Below, one piece after another: positions 1-12,181 of a DNA stretch of 64,000 nt. The position numbers were made by a program, and so were the translations under genes. The first letter of the stretch is position 1. The number at the start of each line of letters is the position of its first letter. The stretch is from Macrostomum hystrix (Eukaryota > Animalia > Platyhelminthes): positions 3,534,001 through 3,598,000 of the forward strand of contig CATNEN010000002.1 of the NCBI GenBank assembly GCA_950097015.1. The letters run 5' to 3'. The notes beneath the pieces were generated by a model. It made no database searches, was not told where the DNA came from, and was given only the letters and a program-made list of their open reading frames with translations.

Positions 1-76
1 CGCGTTCTCTAAAAAAATTACACGATTGGGAATGAAAAAAACACATCCCAATAAAATCTTTTACAATACCCATATG

Positions 77-400
77 AGCAATCTCCAACAATCCCAATGA
101 GCAATCCTCCACAATCCTAATAAGCAATCCCCCACAATCCCAATGAGCAATCACCCACAATCCCAATGAGCAATCCTCCACAATCCTAATAAGAAATCCT
201 CCACAATCCCAATGAGCAATCCTCCACAATCCTAATAAGCAATCCTCCACAATCCTAATAAGAAATCCTCCACAATCCCAATGAGCAATCCTCCACAATC
301 CTAATAAGCAATCCCCCACAATCCCAATGAGCAATCCCCACAATCCCAATGAGCAATCCCCACAATCCCAATGAGAAACTTCAAACTATCCCAATGAGAA
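77..400. repeat. Tandem minisatellite, ~23-bp unit (AGCAATCCTCCACAATCC(C/T)AAT(G/A))
   Basis: About 14 near-identical tandem units are visible. Confidence 0.9.
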
Positions 401-527
401 GTTCATCATAATCATAACAAGAAATCCCACACCCCCAATAAAAATATGCACACTATCCTTATGAGAAATCTCCCACTATCCCTGTAACGATTGCACATTG
501 TTCCCAGCGTATGAAATCCGAACTCAC

Positions 528-745
528 CCTCCGCTAGCAAGCACATTTTCAGCTCTATTGGACCATCTGACACAGCTGACGGATTTCAGGTGCGCCCTCA
601 GGGTGTGGGTTGAAGAGCCGATTAGCAAATCGATCAGCTGCACTTTCCCATCGCTAAGGGCAACGGCCACCAAGTTGTGACTAGTTGCGCAATTCGATAC
701 GTGAATCTGGTTCACAGGCTGGGTGAATGCGACCTCGTCCGCTGC
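528..745 (-). CDS. ERCC8: ERCC8/CSA internal exon (WD40 repeats)
   Basis: Translates AADEVAFTQPVNQIHVSNCATSHNLVAVALSDGKVQLIDLLIGSSTHTLRAHLKSVSCVRWSNRAENVLASG, matching CSA (HCLVAVG..KVQLCDLKSGSCSHILQGH..ILAVSWS). AG acceptor at 746-747, GTGAGT donor at 527-522, phases 0 and 2. Confidence 0.85.
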
Positions 746-857
746 CTGACAGTACGATAATAAAATTTTAATATAAAATGCTAAATAGCCTACTAGCCAG
801 TAGGTAAGTTTTGGCAAAATCTCAACAATAAAACATTCAAGAAAACGCACAGCACAC

Positions 858-1077
858 CTTGGCACAGTTCGAGTCCCAGATTTTCACTCGCCGATCCAGG
901 CCGGCTGTGAAGAAGGCGCCTGTGTCCACCGGGTACCAGCAGGCGCTGACGATGCCAGATTCGTGAGCGCGCGACAGGTGCAGACAGACTGGCACAATAC
1001 CGGTCTCACCAGCTGGGCCGGTGGCCGGACAGGTGTCATAGATAGATAGGCCACCGTCAGCGTGACCAGTTAGTAAG
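858..1077 (-). CDS. ERCC8: ERCC8/CSA internal exon
   Basis: LLTGHADGGLSIYD...HESGIVSACWYPVDTGAFFTAGLDRRVKIWDSN matches CSA YMLSGGSDG..WYPHDTGMF..DKTLKVWD. Acceptor TAG, donor GTGTGC; the 220-bp length fits the phases of both neighbouring exons. Confidence 0.88.
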
Positions 1078-1235
1078 CTATACAAGCAAATGACGGGTGG
1101 AAGTGATGGAGGAATGGTTGGTCTACGCAAATTTAATACAGTATCTAGGTAAAGGCCATTAAGACCCAAAGAATGTACAAAATGGTCCTATGTACAAAAA
1201 AGCCCGTGATGATCCATAAAGAGGTGAATAAAATT

Positions 1236-2704
1236 CCTTAAAATCAGAGAATAGAATCCCTGAAGAATCAGAGAATAGAATCGCTGAAGAATCAGGGAAT
1301 AGAATCACTGAAGAATCAGAGAATAGAATCACTGAAGAATCAGAGAATAGAATCCCTGAAGAATCAGAGAATAGAATCCCTGAAGAATCAGGGAATAGAA
1401 TCACTGAAGAATCAGAGAATAGAATCACTGAAGAATCAGAGAATAGAATCACTGAAGAATCAGAGAATAGAATCACTTAAGAATCAGAGAATAGAATCAC
1501 TGAAGAATCAGAGAATAGAATCCCTGAAGAATCAGGGAATAGAATCACTGAAGAATCAGAGAATAGAATCACTTAAGAATCAGAGAATAGAATCACTTAA
1601 GAATCAGAGAATAGAATCGCTGAAGAATCAGAGAATAGAATCACTGAAGAATCAGAGAATAGAATCACTGAAGAATCAGAGAATAGAATCACTGAAGAAT
1701 CAGAGAATAGAATCGCTGAAGAATCAGAGAATAGAATCACTGAAGAATCAGAGTATAGAATCACTGAAGAATCAGAGAATAGAATCACTGAAGAATCAGA
1801 GAATAGAATCATTGAAGAATCAGAGAATAGAATCGCTGAAGAATCAGAGAATAGAATCACTGAAGAATCAGAGAATAGAATCGCTGAAGAATCAGAGAAT
1901 AGAATCACTGAAGAATCAGAGTATAGAATCACTGAAGAATCAGAGAATAGAATCACTGAAGAATCAGAGAATAGAATCATTGAAGAATCAGAGAATAGAA
2001 TCGCTGAAGAATCAGAGAATAGAATCACTGAAGAATCAGAGAATAGAATCACTGAAGAATCAGAGTATAGAATCACTGAAGAATCAGAGAATAGAATCAC
2101 TGAAGAATCAGAGAATAGAATCATTGAAGAATCAGAGAATAGAATCCCTGAAGTATCAGAGAATAGAATCGCTGAAGAATCGGAGAATAGAATCATTGAA
2201 GAATCAGAGAATAGAATCGCTGAAGAATCAGAGAATAGAATCCCTGAAGAATCAGAGAATAGAATCCCTGAAGAATCAGAGTATAGAATCACTGAAGAAT
2301 CAGAGAATAGAATTGTTGAAGAATTAGAGAATAGAGTCCCTAAAGAATATGAATAGAATCCCTGAAGAATCAGAGAATAGAATCCCTGAAGAATCAGAGA
2401 ATAGAATTGCTGAAGAATCAGAGAATAGAATCACTATCAAAGAATCAGAGAATAGAATCACTGAAGAATTGGAGAATAGAGTCCCTAAAGAAAATGAATA
2501 GAATCCCTGAAAAATCATAGAATAGAATCCCTGAAGAATCAGAGAATTGAATTGCTGAAGAATCAGAGAATAGAATCACTCACGAATCAGAGAATAGAAT
2601 CCCTGAAGAATCAGAGAATTGAATCACTGAAGAATCAGAGAATAGAATCACTGAAGAATTGGAGAATAGAGTCCCTAAAGAATATGAATAGATTCCCTGA
2701 AGAA
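1236..2704. repeat. Satellite array, 24-bp unit TGAAGAATCAGAGAATAGAATC(A/C/G)C
   Basis: About 60 tandem units, with variant units near 2320-2520 and 2650-2700. It produces the artefactual LKNQRIES and ILFSDSS ORFs. Confidence 0.97.
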
Positions 2705-2953
2705 CATACATGCGCAACACCCAGCCGACCTGGCCGAACCAACCGGGTGAAACAAGGGCCAAGCAAGGTAAGTCGCAAAAACCAATTGACCAAGCGCAAA
2801 AAATCAGAGGGGGACCAAGGGACAAAAAAGGAAGGTGTGAAGAAAAGGAAAAAGGGGAGAGAAAAAGAGAGCAAATGAGAGCAAACTAAGTCGTAAATAG
2901 AGCAAAAACTAAGTCGCATGGCCGGCTAAGATTTAAGAGGTTGCGCATGTATG
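2705..2953. mobile_element. hAT-type MITE, 249 bp
   Basis: Perfect 14-bp TIR CATACATGCGCAAC and 8-bp TSD CTGAAGAA (2697-2704, 2954-2961). Confidence 0.9.
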
Positions 2954-3141
2954 CTGAAGAATAGAGTCCAGATGAACTGAATGAGACCCCAATGATGACT
3001 CATTTCTAGTTTCCTAAGAAGTGGATAAAAAGTGAACCTGAACAAGTTAGGCAAATGGCTTGTGGAGAAATGTGATTAAATAGTGCCTTAGCAAAGAAGG
3101 AACTTGAAAGCAAGCACTTTAAACTAGGCAAAAGCACTTAC

Positions 3142-3249
3142 TATCTGGCTTCTACACATTCAAAATCCAAATCAGTCACATTGCAGGTAATCTTAGAATT
3201 GTCAAATCGTCTCCTAACTGACAAGGCCAAGTCTAGAAATTGTCTTGAT
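3142..3249 (-). CDS. ERCC8: ERCC8/CSA exon (N-terminal part)
   Basis: SRQFLDLALSVRRRFDNSKITCNVTDLDFECVEARY aligns with CSA [35 protein letters not shown]. Acceptor TTGTAG, donor GTAAGT; the phase-2 end TA joins the C starting exon 1077 to give Tyr. Confidence 0.8.
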
Positions 3250-4218
3250 CTACAAACTATACCCAACACATGTGGCTGCAGAGCACCAAGCTGTTGCAGA
3301 CTGTGCAGATATGTTATAGATGCCTGAAAATTTATGAATCAGTAATATACATTTAAAAAAATTTAAGTAAATTAGCTACAAGACTTTTAGCTACAACCTT
3401 TTTACTATTTTTACATATTAACAGTGAGAAATACAACAACTCAAACAATAATATACAAATAATAGCTAGCTAATTACACTGAGGAAAAAATATTCCATAA
3501 TAAATATGAATTACTTAAAAAGGCGAATTTTGAACTACCAAGTGGGTATTAGGAACAAAATAGGCCCTACTAGTTAAAGGAAGATTTTGATACCACTAAA
3601 TATTGCAAACACCTGCAGACATCTACTTTAGAATCATGTGCAAGTCATTTGATTTTACTACACTAACTTATAAGTAAGTAAAGTAAAAAGTAAAAACTTA
3701 TAAAAAAATAATAAAACATTTGTAACAAAAAATTTAAATGATGGCTTTTAATCTGAATTTCATTCATTTTAAGTCTGAATTAAAAAGTATATGATTATAT
3801 GGGGCAAGCTAGCATTAAAAGAATTAATATAAATGAATTATGGAGCCTTTCACCAGATACTGCTACAACTGCTTGATGTATGTCTGGATGGTTGATGAAA
3901 TTTTGGGTTGAAATGAACTATTAATTGTTGGGTCGTTGGGTCATGCACTGATTTAACAGTCAAGACTAGGCCTACTTATCAAAAGTCAGGATAAAGAAAA
4001 ACTGTTAGGTCATAGACTGATTTAGTTGTCAGTAGGCCTAGCACTGATTCAATTTACATCAAATTTGACACCAGACCCTAATGGACCCACTTTTTGAAGC
4101 TGATAGTGATTTGGATGCTGCATCAGCTTGTTCAGGAATTGGAGAACGCACGGGTGTCATCGTCTTGACTGATGTTGCTGCATGTAATGTATTTTACATA
4201 TGAGGGGTTATATCCCCA

Positions 4219-4650
4219 TGGTACCTGGACACTTCGTCATCTTACAACTTCGTCATCTAGATGACGATCTGTCTAATATCTTAGAGGGTGGATTACGAAG
4301 AGACTTAGACTTGTGGACACTTCGTCATCTATAAAACAAAAGTTTTCAAAGTTAGAACAGAACCACCCTCCCCACCTCCTCACATCGTGTTGGCACCTAT
4401 CTTTTAACTCTTACAATGAAATCAGTTTTGACACCTCTTTTTGACAATTTAGAGTGTGAACTGTGAAGTGTGTTAACACCTCTGCCCCACCACCCCACCC
4501 TCACTTTATTGATGACGAACTTGATTGCTTGTTATTAGTAGATGACGAACTGACCAAACTTTAAAGCATGCCAATTGGCTGGATGACGAAGTGTCCTACC
4601 TTCCATCCAAGTGGATGACGAAGTTGTAAGATGACGAAGTGTCCAGGATC
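4219..4650. mobile_element. Non-autonomous TIR element, Mutator-like by TSD length
   Basis: 34-bp perfect inverted repeat CCTGGACACTTCGTCATCTTACAACTTCGTCATC (4224-4257 and 4614-4647), internal CTTCGTCATC repeats, flanking ATATCCCC(A/C) duplication (4210-4218, 4651-4659). Confidence 0.8.
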
Positions 4651-5026
4651 ATATCCCCCAGCTATGCTACTGGCTTTTGACTAGCCTGGCTATTGTGCAT
4701 CATGTTAAATAAGCAAAAAGAAAATGGAAATCAATATTTCAAGTCAAGAATGAAGCTTTTTAAAATGCATTGAAGCAAATGTTGAAGTTTAACCTTTGTT
4801 GAAGGTTATATTCAATTAAAAAGTATATTAGGGCCTACATATCAGAAAAGATACGATAGTGCCTACTAAAACAAAAGCTAAAAGGAAAAGGCAAGATATA
4901 TTGATTGATATATATGATTATACCCTACTCTATTTGTTTTTAATTCAGTTTTATCATATGATTAGGAAAAACTTTCTACTTTGTTTTCTATAAAGTAGAA
5001 GTACGTAAATGGAAACACTGTAAACG

Positions 5027-5068
5027 CAAGGACCATTAGAAGAAGACCACTTCTTCTAGTGGTCCTTG
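5027..5068. mobile_element. 42-bp miniature hAT-type element
   Basis: 19-bp TIRs CAAGGACCA(T/C)TAGAAGAAG around a 4-bp spacer; perfect 8-bp TSD TGTAAACG (5019-5026, 5069-5076). Confidence 0.8.
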
Positions 5069-5273
5069 TGTAAACGTAGAAATACCCATTCATCTTTACA
5101 GCTGTTCACTGAAACCTTCACCAGGTATAAATCTTAGAAACAAAAGCGTCGAAGGTAAAAATAATGTTTGGTCATGATAGACAAAACTGACTAGGCCTAT
5201 GCCCAGTGCCAGTGGGCAGTGGGTGCTTTCCCAAGCCCAAATTTTGCAGCTACTCAAGCACCTGCCTTCTATC

Positions 5274-5686
5274 GGTCCCAGGTCCCAGATTGGTGACAAA
5301 TATTTTTGCACCTAAATGTGCTAAAAAACTGCCTTCCATTTTAACTATGCACACATAAAATATTAATTAAATAATGCTAAAAGTATTAATAAGAAGCTGC
5401 ATCGCTATGTTAAAGTCTGGGTTTTACTTTAAATGAGTTAAATTATTTAATGAGTAGGCCCTAGTCAATAGTTTCAATATTTATTCGTTCCTAATTAAAT
5501 GTGTATAATAAACATTTTTCAAGTTTTGGATTGACAAGGCGAGTGCAGGCTTTAAGCAGCTGCTGGATCGTGGAAGGCTGTTTTCTTAGCATATTTAGGT
5601 GCAAAAATAGTTGTCACCGAACTGACCAATTCTGTCACCAAAATGACTGTCACCGAAATGTCTTGTCACCAAAATGACCTGGGACC
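5274..5686. mobile_element. MITE with long imperfect TIRs
   Basis: Terminal GGTCCCAGGTC...GACCTGGGACC, a further inverted block TTTTTGCACCTAAAT(G/A)TGCTAA, and TSD CTTCTATC (5266-5273, 5687-5694). Confidence 0.8.
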
Positions 5687-6411
5687 CTTCTATCTATGAA
5701 CATGTGTATACTATAGGCCTATATTTCGACTGGTGACACTGGTCAGGATAGACAAAACTGACTAGACTAGTCCTGGACTGATTTTGTTGTCATTTGTCCC
5801 AGGCATAGCTAGGCCCTAGCATAATTGAATTTATATAGCTACTTGCTTCATTGCTTGATATAATCCCTTAGCTACTTCCTTATGGCCTCCTAATGATTTA
5901 ATCATTTAAGGAAGAAGTAATCAATATACCCAATGGCATGAGACAAATATAGGGACCCAAACTGAACCTTTAGCCTACCTAAGTGTAGCAATCATAATGC
6001 CAATGGCAATGCCTATTAGTTAGATCCATTTTGTTCCTTTCAATAATCTATGATATGGGCTATAGCCTACACTTCTTTATTTTTGATTTATTAGTACATT
6101 TTTTGGACCTATGTATGTTGCCTATGCCTATATCATATATAGTCTCCTTGTTATACCTGTTTTGTTATAGGACCTTCCTTTTTTATTCTCCTCATTTTAA
6201 ATGATTTATTATTTCCTTTTTTGAGACCCTTCTATGGGGTAATCCAAAAAAGAGTACAGATTTTCTGTCCACAACATTTTAGATTTTAAATTTCACTTAA
6301 AATCATTTTATCAAAGATAATGTATTGGACAATCTTTTTGTAAAGTTTTAAGCACAAAAAAATTTGGAAAACAAACAGTGCAGAATTATTTTTTTTGAAT
6401 GTCAATAAGCA

Positions 6412-6520
6412 GAACTTTGGCATCGATGAGTGGAACTTTGGCGTCAGTGAGTGGAACTTGGGCGTCAATGAGTGGAACTGTGGCATTGATGAGTGGAACT
6501 TTAGTGTCAATGAGAGGAAA
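6412..6520. repeat. 21-bp tandem repeat AACTTTGGCATCGATGAGTGG, about 5 copies
   Basis: Directly visible. Confidence 0.85.
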
Positions 6521-6779
6521 CAAAGAGTTTTATGAGTGAGAAATTGCATTTGAAGAACCTTTTTATTCTTTTTTAAGCTAAATAAATAAGCAAAAACTCA
6601 CATGTAGCCTTTTTCATAAATTTTTTTATATAAAAGTAAAATGAACTGTTTTATAAGTGCATGGAGCATGCATTCTTAAGCAAATTCAGACTTCGGTATA
6701 CAAGTTCACAGAATATAAAAAGAAAAAGCGATAATAATGGCAACAGTCAGTTCAGAAAATAGTTCAAGGCGAATCACAT

Positions 6780-7100
6780 AGCACTATACAATTCTTCAAT
6801 GCGAGTGTACTCATTATCGGGTAGACAAAAAATTAGTCAGCAAACCATGCTGACTGGCACTAACTGTGGTGGCATCGGGCACACAGCCAGGACAGAGTCC
6901 ACTGCAATCCACTGCACATCTTTATTTTTCCACATGAATCTGCAATAGGAAGGCAGTAATGGTATGCAAATATAACTTAGATAAGGGGGAAATAATATGG
7001 CACACAACGTATTTTGCTCTGCGCATTCTTTACATAGTCCCAAAAACACTTTTAACAGAAAATATACAACATTGGCGTCCTTTTCAAATGGTTTCCTCAC
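6780..7100 (-). pseudogene. Possible decayed C-terminal domain of a transposon-associated protein
   Basis: FLGLCKECAEQNTLCAILFPP..RFMWKNKDVQWIAVDSVLAVCPMP*LIFCLPDNEYTRIEELY resembles the F.W...D..W.....L..P tail of uncharacterised invertebrate transposon proteins. Family not named. Confidence 0.3.
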
Positions 7101-7308
7101 CTAGCTAGATATTTTATTGATCACTCTACACCAAGTCATACAAAGCGGCTTTAAGAAGGAAAATCACTTTGCAGCATCATTTTTTATATTCATGCACAAC
7201 TGAAGGCTTCAATACAAAAAAGTCCTTTGCTATCAAACAATCAAAGAAATTCGGACAGCTGGATGTTGACAGAATAATTTGCTATATTGCGATTGATTTT
7301 ACACGGCA

Positions 7309-8686
7309 TTAATTGTCTTCGTCAGCACCGAAACCTTCAGCATCGCCCTCGCCATCCAATCTAGGACCAACACCAGAATTGGCAGCATTTTGCCCACTGA
7401 AGGCACATTCAGCTCTGCGACGTTCTCTAACGGTGGCAAAGCGCAGATGCTCGCCCACGGCTTCCTCGATCGCGAGTCCTGTCGCCGTCTTATGGGCCGT
7501 CCATACGACATCTGAGAACGAGAGAATTCCTGAATTATAAATTAAATCGAACACAAGTGGACTATTTCAACGTCTGAATTAGAAACTAATGGGCATTACA
7601 TTCTGTTTTTCTTACTTTTGATAAGGGGGAGAAGTCCAAGGTTTTCGAATGGCAGTTTGGACACACCCCTACGAACGGCACCACGAAGGCTGTACTGCTT
7701 AGCCAATCTGTCAGTCATCAGTTGGTACATAAGGGTGCTTACTTGCGTTGAAACAGACTTTCCACCCAACCGACGGAGAAAGGCGAACTGAAATGTTGAT
7801 GTTGGTTGATCACAAAATTGAAGTCGAAAGAAGTCTTGTTAGATAGCTTCTTATAAGAATCTATCAAAGCTTGCAAATCGTTTTGCTAACCTTGTACAAT
7901 ATTTTAAAGAATCAGATATCTCTAGCAAAACAGAAATCATTGGCTTTAATTACAGTGCACATTGCATTCTAGCTGTATCAGTATATTTAACGAATATTTA
8001 CCACAGTCTGTTGACATTTGATCCTCCTTGACTTGATGGCTCCATGCTAGAAGCCCCTCTGGGGAGTTGAATGGCAAGCCACCCAGAATGGTTTTGTCAG
8101 TAGGAATTTGGTGTTGTCAACTATCTGCAGCAGAATGAGCAGCGGGCAGTGGGTTTGAGGAGATATGCTGCTCAATCGATTGAAGTCGCCGATTGATGCT
8201 GCACACTTTAAGATACATCGCCCGCTGCGATGCTGAAATATTAGAAAAATAAAATAGTTGTGTGCTTATTATACGCATATTATATGTTTTTGGTATGTAT
8301 GTATCTGAGAAATATACTTCTATACGAGACAAACCATTTTTCTCATAAAAAATCAAAGCGTAGTGGTTGTGAAAATAAAAAATATGAGTATAAGCTATAG
8401 TCATGTCAGTCAATGAACAGATTCAATTGAATATTTAGTGTAGATTCATGAATTTGGATCTAATAAGTAAATATGGTGAATCTATCTGTAAGTAGCATTT
8501 ACTGGTAGGGTACAACAATATCATAACTGTTACCTTCTATTTTGGAAATCATAGAAGCAACATCTGCCAAAGTTACAGTTGACGATTGTCCTGGACTAGC
8601 AACATCAGGTTGTTGAGCGAGGTTGTTGACCGGCCCCCAGGCTGGCGAACTAGGCGGGAGTCGCCCATCGCGCCATCTGGACCCCT
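7309..8686 (-). pseudogene. Spliced DUF4806-like gene A, decayed
   Basis: Exons ~8686-8534, 8232-8002, 7787-7616 and 7511-7309 with GT/AG ends. They give LPFNSPEGLLAW, FLRRLGGKSVSTQVSTLMYQLMTDRLAKQYSLRG..SKLPFENL and AIEEAVGEHLRFATVRERRR, the typical motif order of these proteins. In-frame stop at 8117 and one phase mismatch. Confidence 0.6.
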
Positions 8687-8999
8687 GGAAACAGGCACCC
8701 CACATACAGCAGCAAGCCAAGCGGGGAAGGGGGCGGCAGCCGGAGTGCCTCTCACCCCAGGCTCGCACACGCACAGAGCAGACCAAACCAGGGGAGGACT
8801 TAGATGCCTTAAGGGTAGGGACGAGAGGACCAAGCCACGCGTGCAGACGGCTGGTGAAACCTCACAGCTCAGAGCACGCATGGCTGGTGCACACCCGCCC
8901 CACACAACGCCTACAATGCCTCACACCCGGCCCAACGCACAAACACAAACACAAACAAGCAGGCATGCAGAAGGCAGGGGTTAAGCTATTTTAAATTAG

Positions 9000-10383
9000 C
9001 TTTGGTTGCACAGAATAAGGTGCATCTCCGCAAGTCACTACTTTGCAAACCTCCAACTAAGCCCCGAAATAATCGTGACTTGGAGGGAGGAACGAACCAG
9101 CGACCATTGGAAAGTGAGGCAGCGGCATTTCGCACTGCTTGCATTACGACGTCTTCGAGCGGACCGGAAAATGTTTTTTTCCGTCCGTGCCAGTCCGTTT
9201 AAAATTCCCTTGCATCGAATTCATCAGCAGTGCAGAAATGGTCGAACGGACACAGTCTGCTAAATTTGCTCCACCAATCAGACCAATGCTTCGCAAAAGC
9301 TTGTTGCGACGCGGTGGATCTTCCAACATTTCCATTAGCACATTGACTTCTGGGTCTGATGCAGCCTATGGGAAATGCATTCGCTCGTCATCTGCCATTT
9401 CTTTTACTTTGTTTAAATTTCGCAAAACGAACGAGTTCTGATGATAAATAAGAGCACTCAAAACATAGTTCGCTTCACTTGTGTAAGGCTCAACGCCGAA
9501 GCGGCGAACCAGTGCGTTGACAGGAGCAATATCGGGACAACTTGCTCTGTTTGATAAATTCTCTTTGCCTGAAAGAACACGTGGTCGCGGAGTAGTTTCT
9601 TCAGTAGATCTGATAGCCATAGGCGAGCCTGACTCTTGATGAGTTAAGCTGGATCCGAGCAATTGTAGGATCTGAGCTGCAGCGGGTGCAGCATTGGCCA
9701 CTGATAAGAACTCATCACCATGGGCATCAGCAATATCTTCATAAGAATCAGACTGCAGCAATGGCAAGGCAGACATCGGGGTTGATGGGTTGGAAATCTG
9801 CTTGTTGTTATGATGTGAATTGCCCTGCCAAGACTGGTCATTAAACAAAACTGCAGTCCGTGGTGGTGGAAGCAGACTAAGAGACGCCGAATGGACTGAC
9901 GCTCTACTTTGGGCCTCTTGTAAGTTCTCTTGCTGGGTGCTCGTGGCCTGCGATCGAGTTGTGGCATTACGACCTTTTTCAATGTCGCTCTCGTCGGCCG
10001 TTGCTGGTTCATCAGAGTTATAAACAAATTGAGACTCCGGAGGCAGTCGAATGCGCTTGTCTCCAGGCGGAGCAATCTTTAGGTGCTGTAGTTGCATCAG
10101 GACTTGTTGAATGTTTATTCCAGTTTTTTAACCCTTTTGCAGAATTCAAGTGTCGGTCTTAGTAGTTCCTTAGATGAGGCCAGTTGAATGAGAACAGCTT
10201 TTTCTGGCTTTCATCCCACTGAGCAAGCAGCCAAATGAGTTTCTCTGAATTAAGAAATGATTCAAATTTTCCTTCACAAAGATTAGTTTCGCTAACTGGA
10301 TAAGTGGTGAATGGGCAGAACTCAGATCCCTTGTCACCAGGAAAGTAGAGAATGCACCACTTGAGCTGATGGGAGCTGTCCAT
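9000..10383 (-). pseudogene. DUF4806-like gene B, decayed
   Basis: N-terminal WCILYFPG..EFCP motif, a disordered middle, then HFP*AASDPEVNVLMEMLEDPPRRNKLLRSIGLIGGANLADCVRSTISALLMNSMQGNFKRTGTDGKK. In-frame TAG at 9366-9368; a frameshift in the A7 run near 9175 hides TFSGPLEDVVMQAVR. Confidence 0.6.
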
Positions 10384-10861
10384 TCAATTCTGAAATAAAT
10401 AAAAGACAACAACAGAACAGATATGCTAAAAATAACAAATAATTAGACTTCATGGCAAAAAATACAGCTTGTCAGTCTTGTTTCAATCATAGACATTTGA
10501 CTTGCAGAATTCTTATGCAGTATATAAAATTCGATTGCTTGTTTAATGGTCTTTAATGGGATTCTTTTAAAGACCATTAAACACCTTTAAGGGGTTATAA
10601 TCTGGTGTCTCTGGTTCAGACTCCAAATTCCTTGCTAGGAGGACTTATTATATGATATAATTGGCTCCGAATTTATTTGCCAAAAAAAGCTATCTGATTT
10701 AATATAAAAAAAACAATTTAACAAGCATTAAATGTCCGAGGCTGCAATTATGAACAAATTCTTAAAAACATTCAGTATATTACAAGTATTTTACGAGTCC
10801 AGATGCAAAGATCCTTCATTGATAGTTTACTACACTTATTTGTTCATTGTTGTCTATGATA

Positions 10862-12181
10862 CGAGGGGTGGTTATTAAGTTCTCGGAAAAGTGTCCTTAA
10901 AATTATCGGATTTGGCTGAGTTTTCACACACTGAAAGGTCGTCCTACTAGCACTTCTCAACATAGCTTCCATCCAGATCCAAGCACTTCTGCAAGCGATG
11001 GAACCACGCATCAAAGCATCCCCTCAGGTCAACTTTGGTGAAGCAGTCCAGCTCAGTCTGCAGGGCAACCGCGAGCTCCTCCCTCGAATTAAAGCGCTTT
11101 CCCTTCAGGTTCTTCTTCATCCTGGGAAAGAGGAAGAAGTCGGCAGGCGCGAGATCCGGCGAATATGCCGGATGTGGCAGCTGGACGAGCCGTGTCGCCT
11201 GCAGGAATTCCTGGGTCATTCTTGCCCTGTGAGCGGGAGCGTTGTCCTGGTGGAGGAAGATGCCCTTCTCATGCATCTTTGGCCGCTCCTGCGCAAGCGC
11301 TTGAAGAACCTGCGGCAAGCAGACTGTGGTGTACCATTCTGCGGTCACCGTGGCACCGTGATCCAGCAGCACGGGCGGCAGGATCCCGCAGCGACGGAAG
11401 AAAATGGCCGCCATCACTTTGCCGACACTGCGTTCTCGGCGGAATTTCAGCGGGGCATCCTCCTCATTGGTCACCCACTGACGACTCTGCTCTTTGGTCT
11501 CGGGTTCGTAGAAATAGACCCAAGTTTCGTCAGCAGTGAGGATGTTGTCCACCGATTTTGAAGCTCCCCCATTGAACTTGGCCAGCATCAGCTCGGCGAA
11601 CTCAACGCGGGCTCGCATCTGATCTGCACTGAGTTGGTGGGGCACCCAGCGAGCAGACAGCTTCCGCATGCCCAGGTGTTGGTGCAGAATCTTGATGATG
11701 GTTGAATGCGACACCCCCACGAGCTGCTCCAACCAACGAGTTGTCACTCGCCGATCCTCGTCGACGTGGCGTCGAACAGCAGCGACAACTCCGTCCTAGA
11801 TGGCTGAAATTGGACGACCCTCGCGAGGTTCGTCGTCCAGGGAGGCCGAGCCGCAGCGAAAGCGCGCAAACCATTCGTACACCATCGACTGGGACGGGGC
11901 TTGATCCTCAAGGGCCGCACGAAGCGTCTGGTGACACGCAGCCGCAGTGCTGCCCAGGCGAAACTGCACCAGAATGGCTACCCGCCTGTCACGTTCGGTG
12001 AGCTGAGGCAGGGGTATTATGTTTTCTGTGGAACTTTGGCCACTGCGGCGCATCATTATGGCCGATTGAGCTGAAATTTTGCATGCAAGCATTGAATAGC
12101 CATCCCTACAACATAGTAAAATTTCGTGTCCCTAGCATCTTTCTAAATTACTTTTTCCGAGAACTTAATAACCACCCCTTG
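10862..12181 (-). mobile_element. Mariner transposon (D,D34D type), full length
   Basis: TIRs C(G/A)AGGGGTGGTTATTAAGTTCTCGGAAAA, TA TSD on both sides (10860-61, 12182-83), 1320 bp. Confidence 0.95.
10947..12053 (-). pseudogene. Mariner transposase with one in-frame stop
   Basis: WVPHQL, DETW, HQDNAPAH and YSPDLAP.DF motifs. ORFs 11796-12092 and 10947-11747 are in the same frame, separated only by TAG at 11796-11798. Confidence 0.92.

Noticed and set aside
1236-2704. CRISPR-like array
   Set aside because: The units are directly adjacent with no unique spacers, the context is eukaryotic, and there are no cas genes.
1159-2878. ORFs with LKNQRIES or ILFSDSS repeats
   Set aside because: They are translations of a 24-bp satellite whose unit is a multiple of 3 and lacks stops in some frames.
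8586-8994. Overlapping ORFs in a GC-rich stretch ending GGGGTTAA
   Set aside because: No recognisable motif and no matching left TIR; most of it probably lies in an intron of gene A.
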